From Euryarchaeota archaeon UBA103 (GTDB lineage Archaea > Thermoplasmatota > Poseidoniia > Poseidoniales > Thalassarchaeaceae), in contig DAYH01000010.1 in the NCBI GenBank assembly GCA_002506825.1, positions 33,077-97,076 of the forward strand: a stretch of DNA of 64,000 nucleotides, read 5' to 3'. Numbering within the stretch: position 1 is the stretch's first letter; the number at the start of each line of letters is the position of its first letter. Under the pieces are notes generated by a model that was not told the DNA's origin, did no database searches, and saw only the letters and a program-made list of their open reading frames with translations. Shown here in pieces: positions 19,209 through 28,214 of this stretch. The position numbers and the translations under genes were made by a program.

Positions 19209-19823
19209 ATGAAGGTCGTTCTTTGGTGTAATGGCGTCCTTCCCAATGCCTCTGCTGTTGATAGGGCTCTTTCAGGAGAGGTTCTAATCTACGGAGTAGA
19301 TGGCGGGGCCGATAAGGCCAAATCAATGGGGTTTGAGGTTTCAGAAGCCCTAGGAGATATGGATTCCATAGATATCTCTTCTTGGAGTGGCAAGATGAAG
19401 GTCTTGCCGGATCAGGATAGGAGTGACCTTTCTAAAGCTCTGGAGTACGTCAATTCGATTGGAGTTACAGAGGTGGATATTGTTGGAGTGGAGGGGGGCG
19501 ATTATGGACACGTTTTCGGAACCATGGCCTCTCTTACAGAGGCCCCGGAACGGATGAAGATCAGGATTCACTTTGAATCTGGAGTCCTCTATTTTTCCAG
19601 TCCTTCCAACGGAGGTTTCGAAATGCATATTTTAGTGGGACAGAAATTCTCGGTCTTCGCTCTGGCCCCTAGCAAGAGTACTTCGGTAATAGGAGGAAAA
19701 TGGATATTAGAAAATGAGGCTCTTTCATTCTCAACTAGGGGACTTAGTAATGAGGGGATGGGTAGTTTGGTAACGGTGAGCTCCGACGCCCCTATGGCCA
19801 TTTTTGTCAATGACTCAATTTGA
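19209..19823 (+). CDS. Thiamine pyrophosphokinase-like protein
   Basis: 'VVLWCNG...IYGVDGGADKA...LGDMDSI' matches the TPK catalytic-domain pattern (..DgGan..../GDfDSi). Confidence 0.55.
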   Translation: MKVVLWCNGVLPNASAVDRALSGEVLIYGVDGGADKAKSMGFEVSEALGDMDSIDISSWSGKMKVLPDQDRSDLSKALEYVNSIGVTEVDIVGVEGGDYGHVFGTMASLTEAPERMKIRIHFESGVLYFSSPSNGGFEMHILVGQKFSVFALAPSKSTSVIGGKWILENEALSFSTRGLSNEGMGSLVTVSSDAPMAIFVNDSI

Positions 19824-20903
19824 TTTAGTATCTGGATTTCTGGACAGCATTATTGCAATAGGTCGTGTTCTTGGGTCGCTTTCTAATCCTATCTTCATGA
19901 TTACCGCCAGGGGGACTCCGAGAACCATTCCCATTATTCCCCACGCCCATCCCCAAAAGGCCACTAGTAGAAGGAGTACTATTGGGGACATATCCAGCCG
20001 CTGACCTGCTAACTGTGGCTCGACTATACCTCCCCAAATCTGTTGATTGGCAACTAAGAGTGCGATTAGCAATAGTGCTGTAGTTTGTGGGAGAACGATC
20101 AGTCCAAGGAGAATTGGTGGAATTATTGATAACAGGGCTCCGACGTACGGGATGAAGTCCATCAGAAATGTAATTGATGCCCACAAGAATACGAATGGGA
20201 TATCCATGTAGGAGAGGACTATAGCTGCCACGACAGCTTGACCGAACGCTACGGAGGCTCTAGTGACCACATATGTGTTGATTCCCTCGCCTGACCCGGC
20301 GGCTACTGACATAACTCTCTCCACATCTTCTGGATAAGCTGCTTTGATTCTCTTCGGGAGCGTCTCAGCCTCCAGAATTATGAATAGCAGGAAAATTAGT
20401 ACTGTGACCAAGCCAGTGGTGAATCCAGCTATCGTACCGACAAAACCCGCGGCATAGGAATTAACTGTCTCGATAGTGACTAGGTCAGTAAGTGCGGCAG
20501 TGTTGGGTTGGTATCCAAATATCGATAGATCCTCGAGCCACGCAACCTTGGCTTCTAGAGATTTTTGCAGTTCGGGAGCTTCATTGGAGAAGTTCTGCAT
20601 GTTAGCATACATCGAGTTTGATGCGAAAAACAGGAATCCCATCACTGTCGAAACTAGTACTCCATACGCCACCAGAGGATGCCCTCCGAGCCTCTCCTCT
20701 AACCACTGTGCCGGTGGCCTGATAAGGAAGAATATCAGAGTTGCAACGACAAGCGGTTGGATTACTGCTTTGAGGTGCACAATTGCAAGAACCCCGACGA
20801 ACAAGACTATCGAAATATTAGCCAGAGTCCCTGAGTCGACCTTTGCTAGACTGGTGGTTTTCGCCATATATATCGGTGTTGCGAACTGGTCATGGCGCAT
20901 CAA
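19815..20903 (-). CDS. AI-2E family (PerM/UPF0118) transporter
   Basis: Eight or so TM segments and the C-terminal signature 'FWGWAWGIMGMVLGVPLAVIMK'. Confidence 0.7.
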   Translation of the reverse strand: MMRHDQFATPIYMAKTTSLAKVDSGTLANISIVLFVGVLAIVHLKAVIQPLVVATLIFFLIRPPAQWLEERLGGHPLVAYGVLVSTVMGFLFFASNSMYANMQNFSNEAPELQKSLEAKVAWLEDLSIFGYQPNTAALTDLVTIETVNSYAAGFVGTIAGFTTGLVTVLIFLLFIILEAETLPKRIKAAYPEDVERVMSVAAGSGEGINTYVVTRASVAFGQAVVAAIVLSYMDIPFVFLWASITFLMDFIPYVGALLSIIPPILLGLIVLPQTTALLLIALLVANQQIWGGIVEPQLAGQRLDMSPIVLLLLVAFWGWAWGIMGMVLGVPLAVIMKIGLESDPRTRPIAIMLSRNPDTKSN

Positions 20904-20911
20904 TGGTTCGC

Positions 20912-22150
20912 CTAATCTTGTGTTTGTATGGCCTCAAGATAGATTTTCTCAAAGGCGGCGGCGTTCCCATCGAAGTTGAACTTCTCAACCACTCTCTCAC
21001 GTCCTTTGATTCCCCTCTGTGAATCTTCTTGGTTCAATATCTTCCCCAAAGCCATCAACATTGAATCCATATCTCCCATTGTGAAAAGGGCGCCGACGGT
21101 TTCGTCAACCATTTCTGGCAACGGCCCGTGATCGACGGTAACTATGGGGACTCCTGATGACATCGCTTCTAGTGGGATTAGTCCCTGGCCCTCGTAGAAT
21201 GACGGGTAGGCGACTACATCCACGGATCTGTAAAGCTGGCCTAGCTCGGAGAATGACATCCCGGATTCAATATGGACAAAGTCCCCTACTCCAAGTCTGT
21301 TCGCCTGCTTCAGTAGTCTTGACTTCAAGTGCCCCCTCCCCACTATGACGAGTCTTGAGTTGGGAATTTTCCTCTGGAGCTTCGAAAACCCCCTGATGAG
21401 TGTGCCATATCCCTTCCTGGCGGCTAGTCTTCCTACTGCGAGCACAATCTTGCATTCCTGATCCCCTCCATCGAACCTAGCCCTCATTTCTGAACGCTTG
21501 GAGATGTCCTCCGGGGAGTTGGGATCGGTTGGCCTGAACATCTGGGTATCTACTCCCCAGTGTACTACTCTGCAATTCCAAGAGGGAGGCGCGTCATATC
21601 TCAATTCGAAGTCCTCTTTAGTGGCGTTTGAATTTGCTACGCATATTCTAGACTCATTTATCGCAAAGTTCTCGAATTTGGAATACCGACCAGCTAGGAA
21701 TCTTATTGCTACATCATTTATGTTGGCCCATACTGCGGACTCTCGAGCTTTACTAGCTTCCAGTAGGCCATCTCGCTCACCAAGCCAAGATCCATGTAAG
21801 GAAGAGACGATGGGGGCAACTTTCTCTGAGCAACGCCTAAATTGAGATTTTGACAATGATATCATTGGGCAATGGAGATGGACGATATCCACTGGATATC
21901 GTTCATTTAGCCTCTCTAGCTCTGAAATCGCCCTTCTGCCATAAGAACGTGTGAACTCCATTGGTATCTTTGCCCATCCCACTTCCAGTACTTCCACGCC
22001 CTCCTGCGAGGGGGGCTTTCCAGCACCTGATCTGGTGATTACTGTTACCTTATGTCCCCTCTTAACTAGGGATGCCGATAGATGGAAAACTGTCGACCCC
22101 ATGCCCCCCCATCTCGGTGGAAACTCAGCGGAAAGCATTGCAATGTGCAT
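20912..22150 (-). CDS. GT4-family glycosyltransferase
   Basis: N-terminal 'MLSAEFPPRWGGMGS' and C-terminal 'PSFYEGQGLIPLEAMSSGVPIVT' (the EX7E region). Confidence 0.8.
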   Translation of the reverse strand: MHIAMLSAEFPPRWGGMGSTVFHLSASLVKRGHKVTVITRSGAGKPPSQEGVEVLEVGWAKIPMEFTRSYGRRAISELERLNERYPVDIVHLHCPMISLSKSQFRRCSEKVAPIVSSLHGSWLGERDGLLEASKARESAVWANINDVAIRFLAGRYSKFENFAINESRICVANSNATKEDFELRYDAPPSWNCRVVHWGVDTQMFRPTDPNSPEDISKRSEMRARFDGGDQECKIVLAVGRLAARKGYGTLIRGFSKLQRKIPNSRLVIVGRGHLKSRLLKQANRLGVGDFVHIESGMSFSELGQLYRSVDVVAYPSFYEGQGLIPLEAMSSGVPIVTVDHGPLPEMVDETVGALFTMGDMDSMLMALGKILNQEDSQRGIKGRERVVEKFNFDGNAAAFEKIYLEAIQTQD

Positions 22151-22247
22151 CGTAGCTCAAATCTCCGATTCGGTATGAGCATTTCAAGAGAACTACCAGA
22201 AGTCAGTCTTTCGCATTATTCAAAACGGAGAGTCCTGTGGCCAAATC

Positions 22248-22982
22248 ATGTCAGCCCCCCTGCCAGTGCATGTGACTGTAGTCATACCGACGAGGAATGA
22301 GGAGGAGGCGATAGTTGACACGATTAGATCAGTACCGAATGACGGATGGTGCCAAAAGCTTGACTTCTTGATTGTGGATGGAAATTCGACCGATCGAACC
22401 AGAGAGCTTGCAGAAGGAGAAGGGGCTTCAGTCTACATAGAACCTCGCAAGGGGTACGGTAGAGCTTACAAGACTGGTTTCTCGATGGCCCCGGGAGAAG
22501 TGATTGTTACTATGGATGCTGACTGCACATATCCCGGGGAGGAGGTCCCCGACCTAGTCAGGAAGCTGATTGATGAAGACCTGCAATGGATAACATGTGA
22601 TAGGCTCAAGAGAGCGGAGGAAGGATCTATGCCTGGACTCCATGGATTTGGGAACTGGGTCCTCTCCACTACTGCTTCAATCCTCTATTGGTATGGTATC
22701 CATGATTCACAGAGTGGAATGTGGGTTTTCCGCAAATCTATATTTGAGGATGAGCGTATCAGGCCTAAGCACGATGGGATGCCCTTATCGCAGGAGTTCA
22801 AGATCAGAGCGCGCAGATACTTGGGGAGGAAGAATACTGCTGAGGTCAGCGTCCCATACCGTCCGAGGGTCGGAGAAGCCGAAATCAACACATGGGGAGA
22901 CGGTTTACTCAACCTCAGATTCTTGTTCACTCATAGACTCGGTATGACTAGGCAAGTCACCCAATGGGGACCGGAGAAGTAG
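22248..22982 (+). CDS. GT2-family glycosyltransferase (dolichyl-phosphate hexose synthase-like)
   Basis: 'VTVVIPTRNEEEAI', 'VDGNSTDRT', 'VTMDADCTYP' (the DxD region). Confidence 0.7.
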   Translation: MSAPLPVHVTVVIPTRNEEEAIVDTIRSVPNDGWCQKLDFLIVDGNSTDRTRELAEGEGASVYIEPRKGYGRAYKTGFSMAPGEVIVTMDADCTYPGEEVPDLVRKLIDEDLQWITCDRLKRAEEGSMPGLHGFGNWVLSTTASILYWYGIHDSQSGMWVFRKSIFEDERIRPKHDGMPLSQEFKIRARRYLGRKNTAEVSVPYRPRVGEAEINTWGDGLLNLRFLFTHRLGMTRQVTQWGPEK

Positions 22983-22985
22983 TGA

Positions 22986-25900
22986 TTAGACCTCGTACTC
23001 TTCGTCATCCGAATCCCTGGATTCAAATGTCGACCAAGACTCGATCATCTCCAAGTCTCTCTCTATCTCTCTCCTACGATTTGCCACTAGTACCATACCA
23101 ACCGCGACCAATATTGAGATTATGATAATCACTACTGGTAGTCCTGAGCCGACTATCCACCCGACTATATCCAGTCCGTCATCCTCCACAATGGGGACGA
23201 TTGACATCAGGGTCGGACTGACTGTATCGCCATCTAATGCCCATACTCCTATTGAGGCAGAAGATCCAGCGGTAATCTCCCAATTTGTCTCGAAGGTCCA
23301 AATCCCATCATCTGCGACCAGATCTCCCAACTGGCCGTCATCTCTCATCTGAAATGCTTTCGAAAGCCCTCCAGCCACCATTTCCCCACCTACAGATGAT
23401 GTCGTACCGTCCAGATCTTCCATTACGACTGTTATCCTAATACTGTTGACCTCGCCCATCTCAAGCTCTTTTGGAGATACGATCATATCCCTTAGAGTGG
23501 GTGATGATGCCCCAATTGTTAGGTTCACCGACGCTAGTGACTGAGCCCCTCTGGAGTCCTGTACTATCAGATCAATTCGTACTGGACCAGGAGGGAGCTG
23601 GATAGACACTTTTTCCCTATTGCCCAGCTCTGTTCCATCTGACAAACTCCACCGGTAGAGAGTGATATCATCATCATAGTCGAATGATCCTGAGCCGTTA
23701 AGATCCAATATTGTCCCGGGAACAATATACTGCCCTTCGGATAGTCCGGATATGAGTGCGACCGGATTTGTCTCCAACACAGTGATCTCCTGAGTATGAG
23801 ATATAGTCATCCCATTTTCATCGGTCAGTTGAATGGTTAACGTATGGACTCCATGAGGCAGATAGTCGTTGTACCAGAAGTCATTTGTGACATCCTCCAA
23901 TATAGCCTCCATCATGAGATTAGAAGTAATAGTGACCGTGAAATCATCACCATCTGCATCGAATGACCTCCTAAAGTCGAAGAGTACTGGAAGGTTCGAG
24001 TAGACTACTACATCGGGTACCGGGGAGTCCATAATAAGGACAGGGGCGGACTCGTCAACCCTGAGCATTATCTCTGAAATATCTAGATTTCCAGACCCAT
24101 CGTCTACAGTCAGGGTAATCTGATGCACCCCTTCTGGAAGTCTGGTTTCAACGGTCCAATCACTACCAAGAGGGTCCTCTACAATATCGCTTTCCCAAAG
24201 TACGCTTACAAGATCCGTGCTGGTAACGGAATTGGGATTACAGATTAGTCCAGAGCCGTTATCGGGTAAATCAGAGCATGCCATATCCCAGTCCCCAGAA
24301 CCTGTTGAGCCAAGAGTGATAATTGTTCCAGAGTCAGTCAGAGAGCCATCTATGGGGCTAGATATCACAGAAACTGGGAGTGAGTTGTTAACCTGTACCT
24401 GCTGACTGGAAGTGGTCCACTGGCCTGCATGACCTGGCCTGTCATCACTGGCCTGCATTGTAATCGTATGCGTTCCTTTAGACAATGTACCAACCCACTG
24501 TATGGTTCCATCTGAAGAAATCCCGGAATAGATAGTCCCGTCTATGTCACTCAAGAACTGGAACTTGATGTGATCGCCCTCTGGATCGGTAGTTTGGGAA
24601 CCATCGATTATCAGGATATCAGAAGAAGACTGCCCCGATCTTGAAATTGACATGACTGCATCGGGAATCTCATTGTACAGCTCGACATTGAAAGCCCATA
24701 TCGAAGGAGGGTTAACTCCGTCTGATGCGTAAACGGTTACTGAGAACTGATTTGGTGCATCTGGGAATGATCTGATTAGCTGCGAGGGGCAACTGGTTTC
24801 TTCGGGTGGCGTACTACCGTTTTCCTCGTACGATGCCGTCGCCCAGCAAGTCATCTCATCTCCTTCGGGGTCATACGTCTCTGACAGATAGATAGTGACA
24901 TTCGCGGTCTGGCCCAGGTATAGCGTACCCCAAGCGGATATGGAAGGTGAGGTTCCCACTGATAGTACTGGTGGGAGATTTGTGAGCTCTATCTGCCTTG
25001 TTTCAGTAGAGCAATGCCCTTGATCATCACATACTTCTAGTGTGATTTGATGTAATCCATCTGAGAGGCAATCATGACTCGAAAACCAAGGATTGCCGAA
25101 GAAGAAAGAGCCATTGGCATTTCCTCCACAGATGCCGAAATCTCCAGCAAGGTTTCCGTCGATACTACTAGTCCAAGTATAACTTAGATTGTCATTATCC
25201 AAATCCCAAGACTCGTTTGCATTGAAACTGACCGTACTTCCACTTGGATAAACAGATTCATCTTCCGGAGTTGTCCATATGATGAAGGGTGGCTGGTTAG
25301 AAATCTCTACCATGCACAGGGCAACTATATCCGATACTACCTGAATTGGGGCAGTATCATTGTGGACTCCATCGTAATCGCATCCCATGCTCATTGTGTT
25401 ATTCTGGGACCACCCCTGAACTGGAGTCCATCTTTGGCCGATGAATGGGCCTACTACATCCCTGCCTGAGTAAGGAAGGGTGGCTGTGAAATCGGACTCA
25501 TATTGAGTGAAAGTAATGTTGATGATTGAGAATGGGATATTTCTTAGATGTTGATTGATGACATTGGCCTCTACCAGCCACATGATGTCGACTATGTTAT
25601 CAGAGCCTGAGAAAATGGGAGTACCTATGTCGGAGGATGATATCCATCTAATGTGAGAGTTTCCTAGCGTGGAGAATGTATCAGAAAGCCCTTGGCCCTG
25701 AGAGAATGATGAGTCAGTGAAATTTGCGAACGTCGAGGACGTAGATGGTTCTGCCCCTACGCATTCAAAGGTTACTGAGTATGAGATGAGCTCACTATGA
25801 TCTACCATATCCAGACAGCCTTGGTTTCCTCTGATGATACTGGAATTGAGATATGAGGAAAGCCGACCGTTGGCAACCCAGTTCATTCCCCCATTAGTAC

Positions 25901-27635
25901 CATAAATTTCCAGTGTGTCTATTAAGGCGTCTACAGCATTAAGATCTACTGAGTAAGAGCTGGAGTTCTGAAATACGGTTACATTGGCCAATGATACTCG
26001 TCCCTCCCTTTGAGATATTCCACGATTGTCGATATCCAAGGCTGGTCCTGAAATTGGATTCCTGGAGACTATTCCATCTAGATAGATATCAATACTGTTA
26101 CGTATGACTAAGCCATATTGATCATTAGATGTAGAACAGCTAGTACAACTAACATTCTTGCCCGCGCTGACAACGTCATTGGACTCTTCGAAGTATATTC
26201 CCGAGCCAGAAGAAGCCGAAATAGATCCAATTCCGTTGTTGGAAGTGTGAACTTGCTCTAGTTCTACATTACTGGAGTCGATGACCGAGACTCCATTGCC
26301 ACTGTTGTTGTGGCTTGTGACTAGGAATAAGTCGGGATGGAACTCCCTGATGTCTAGACCGGTGGCGCCATTGTTACTAATGTCCCAGTAGCTCCCTTGG
26401 ATTCCGCCTTTCCATAGCAGTACTCCGGGACCTGATGAGTTTCGAACAACGAGGTCGTTCACAGTAGGAGCCCAGTTCGCGCTTCTGAGAAACATTCCTG
26501 CCCTGTCATTGTAGGGAGAGAGTGAGGAAGGGTTTCCATTTCTCATCAGATTTAATCTATTTATGATCGTGGACGAGTCGATCATATATCCCCTCAGTCC
26601 AACTGCCTCGTTATCTTCAATCAGCCCTAAATCAATGTGTACTCCGCTGGTGTTGATATCGAATGCCGCTACAGAAAGTCCCTGTGTTTTGGCCCCGGGT
26701 CCTCCTGTTCCTCTGATAGTTATATCATTGAATATGGCATTTAATGGAAGATTTGAGTACTGGCTGTGGTTATATTGTTCCACCATTACTCCTCTGTACA
26801 TGGAGTCCTCTACCACCACTCTTTCGAATGTGGGCCTAGTTGTCCATCCCTCGGTGATGTGCCTCACAAAAATTCCATTATCTGATCTTTTTACCCTCGA
26901 ATCCTCAATTAGTGGTATTGAATCCTCTACCCAGATACCAGCGGAGATAGCCATAGTTGATCCACTGATATTTGATATTTCCAAATCGGAGAGAAGACCT
27001 CCAGAATTACCCCAATGATTCAATCCCCTGGTAATCAAGCCGTCTATTGTTGCCCCTCTCACGATAGGTGCTGAGTTTGCCCCTATTGAGAGTCCGATTC
27101 CATACCTCCATGTTGTTGAGAAACCATGTACGTCTTGCCCCCCTCCAAATATGGCCAGATCAATGATCGTAGGTGAGGCTCCACCATAGAGATCCACTGC
27201 GACGTTGTCAGCATTTAGAACGGTCAGATTTGAGATTATTGGATCACTCCCGTAGATTGTCACTCCGAATTTTGAGTTTGAAATCGATAGATTGTCTATC
27301 CTAGATCCTAGACCATCGCTTGAGTAGTTGAAGGTCAGTCCCTCGTGATTTCCAGAAATAGACTCGAATAGAACTGGTGAAGAGTTGGTTCCAGAGACTA
27401 CTATTCTTCCATTGACCTCTATCGAGTATCCAGCCCCGATGCTTACCATAGTTCCAGCTGTTATTGAGAGAATGTCCCCCGAGTCTACCGTGTATCCATC
27501 TGGCAGTACCACTGTTCCCGACCACACAGTGGTTGACTTAGAATCTGCAGAAGCCACAATATTGGAGAATGGAACCAATATGAGTATCAGGACTAACGTA
27601 TACGCCATCCTAGACCTGCTCTCAGAGAGTCTCAC
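22986..27635 (-). CDS. Giant (1549 aa) surface protein: signal peptide, right-handed parallel beta-helix region, about 6 PKD/Ig-like domains, C-terminal TM anchor and acidic tail
   Basis: Repeating 'N.S..G..I...S' beta-helix-like periodicity over the first ~700 aa. PKD-like units such as 'SQTTDPEGDHIKFQF', 'RRSFDADGDDFTVTI', 'GSGSFDYDDDITLYRW'. TM 'LPVVIIIISILVAVGMVLVA' then 'NRRREIERD...DDEEYEV'. Many N-x-S/T sequons. Confidence 0.7.
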   Translation of the reverse strand: MRLSESRSRMAYTLVLILILVPFSNIVASADSKSTTVWSGTVVLPDGYTVDSGDILSITAGTMVSIGAGYSIEVNGRIVVSGTNSSPVLFESISGNHEGLTFNYSSDGLGSRIDNLSISNSKFGVTIYGSDPIISNLTVLNADNVAVDLYGGASPTIIDLAIFGGGQDVHGFSTTWRYGIGLSIGANSAPIVRGATIDGLITRGLNHWGNSGGLLSDLEISNISGSTMAISAGIWVEDSIPLIEDSRVKRSDNGIFVRHITEGWTTRPTFERVVVEDSMYRGVMVEQYNHSQYSNLPLNAIFNDITIRGTGGPGAKTQGLSVAAFDINTSGVHIDLGLIEDNEAVGLRGYMIDSSTIINRLNLMRNGNPSSLSPYNDRAGMFLRSANWAPTVNDLVVRNSSGPGVLLWKGGIQGSYWDISNNGATGLDIREFHPDLFLVTSHNNSGNGVSVIDSSNVELEQVHTSNNGIGSISASSGSGIYFEESNDVVSAGKNVSCTSCSTSNDQYGLVIRNSIDIYLDGIVSRNPISGPALDIDNRGISQREGRVSLANVTVFQNSSSYSVDLNAVDALIDTLEIYGTNGGMNWVANGRLSSYLNSSIIRGNQGCLDMVDHSELISYSVTFECVGAEPSTSSTFANFTDSSFSQGQGLSDTFSTLGNSHIRWISSSDIGTPIFSGSDNIVDIMWLVEANVINQHLRNIPFSIINITFTQYESDFTATLPYSGRDVVGPFIGQRWTPVQGWSQNNTMSMGCDYDGVHNDTAPIQVVSDIVALCMVEISNQPPFIIWTTPEDESVYPSGSTVSFNANESWDLDNDNLSYTWTSSIDGNLAGDFGICGGNANGSFFFGNPWFSSHDCLSDGLHQITLEVCDDQGHCSTETRQIELTNLPPVLSVGTSPSISAWGTLYLGQTANVTIYLSETYDPEGDEMTCWATASYEENGSTPPEETSCPSQLIRSFPDAPNQFSVTVYASDGVNPPSIWAFNVELYNEIPDAVMSISRSGQSSSDILIIDGSQTTDPEGDHIKFQFLSDIDGTIYSGISSDGTIQWVGTLSKGTHTITMQASDDRPGHAGQWTTSSQQVQVNNSLPVSVISSPIDGSLTDSGTIITLGSTGSGDWDMACSDLPDNGSGLICNPNSVTSTDLVSVLWESDIVEDPLGSDWTVETRLPEGVHQITLTVDDGSGNLDISEIMLRVDESAPVLIMDSPVPDVVVYSNLPVLFDFRRSFDADGDDFTVTITSNLMMEAILEDVTNDFWYNDYLPHGVHTLTIQLTDENGMTISHTQEITVLETNPVALISGLSEGQYIVPGTILDLNGSGSFDYDDDITLYRWSLSDGTELGNREKVSIQLPPGPVRIDLIVQDSRGAQSLASVNLTIGASSPTLRDMIVSPKELEMGEVNSIRITVVMEDLDGTTSSVGGEMVAGGLSKAFQMRDDGQLGDLVADDGIWTFETNWEITAGSSASIGVWALDGDTVSPTLMSIVPIVEDDGLDIVGWIVGSGLPVVIIIISILVAVGMVLVANRRREIERDLEMIESWSTFESRDSDDEEYEV

Positions 27636-27744
27636 GGAGTGGGGGTTGACTCATTCCATGTTATCCCTTCGTACCATTGCGCAGAGAGTTTTTGCCATAG
27701 GAGAGGTCTTAAACAGGAAGTATCGAGGAGTCTTTGGGGTAGTG

Positions 27745-27978
27745 ATGAGTACTGCATTCGTCCTAATCAAAACCGCTCCCCAGAGAGAGTTGGATGTTTA
27801 TCTGACTCTACTTAATCTAGATGCGGTAACTGAGACTCATGTTTCCTATGGAGAGTACGATTTAGTCGCACGAATTGACTTCGATGATGAGAAGGAGATG
27901 GCTAAGACATTGATAGGTCAGATGAGATCGATCGAGGGAGTAATCAGGACTGAGACTCTCATCGCTGTGGAGGTGTAA
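27745..27978 (+). CDS. Stand-alone RAM domain protein (Lrp/AsnC C-terminal ligand-binding domain, 77 aa)
   Basis: 'AFVLIKTAPQRELDVYLTLLNLDAVTETHVSYGEYDLVARIDF...IEGVIRTETLIAV' is the classic AsnC_trans_reg pattern. Start trimmed to ATG 27745, because the track ORF runs antisense into the neighbouring gene. Confidence 0.8.
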   Translation: MSTAFVLIKTAPQRELDVYLTLLNLDAVTETHVSYGEYDLVARIDFDDEKEMAKTLIGQMRSIEGVIRTETLIAVEV

Positions 27979-27980
27979 TT

Positions 27981-28214
27981 TTGGCTGTAGGATTTGTTTT
28001 GATTACCACTCATCCGGGTGCTGAGGTATCCGTAAGAGAGGCTGTTTCTAAGATAGAGCATGTCTCAGGGCAGTGGATTGTTTTTGGATTACATGACCTC
28101 TTCGTTAAGGTAGAGGCAGATGATGAAGTGGAGTTGACGAAGTGTGTTGTTCAGGAGATTAGATCCATTGAAGGGATTGCAGACACACGGACACTGATTG
28201 GCGCCGAGATATGA
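27981..28214 (+). CDS. Second stand-alone RAM domain protein (77 aa), tandem paralog
   Basis: 'GFVLITTHPGAEVSVREAVSKIEHVSGQWIVFGLHDLFVKVEA...IEGIADTRTLIGA'. TTG start preceded by GGAGGTG. Lies 2 nt after the previous stop. Confidence 0.75.
   Translation: MAVGFVLITTHPGAEVSVREAVSKIEHVSGQWIVFGLHDLFVKVEADDEVELTKCVVQEIRSIEGIADTRTLIGAEI

Noticed and set aside
27385-27744. 120-codon 5' extension of the first RAM-domain ORF
   Set aside because: It runs antisense through the signal-peptide end of the giant surface-protein gene. The conserved RAM domain begins at ATG 27745, and stand-alone RAM proteins are about 75-80 aa.
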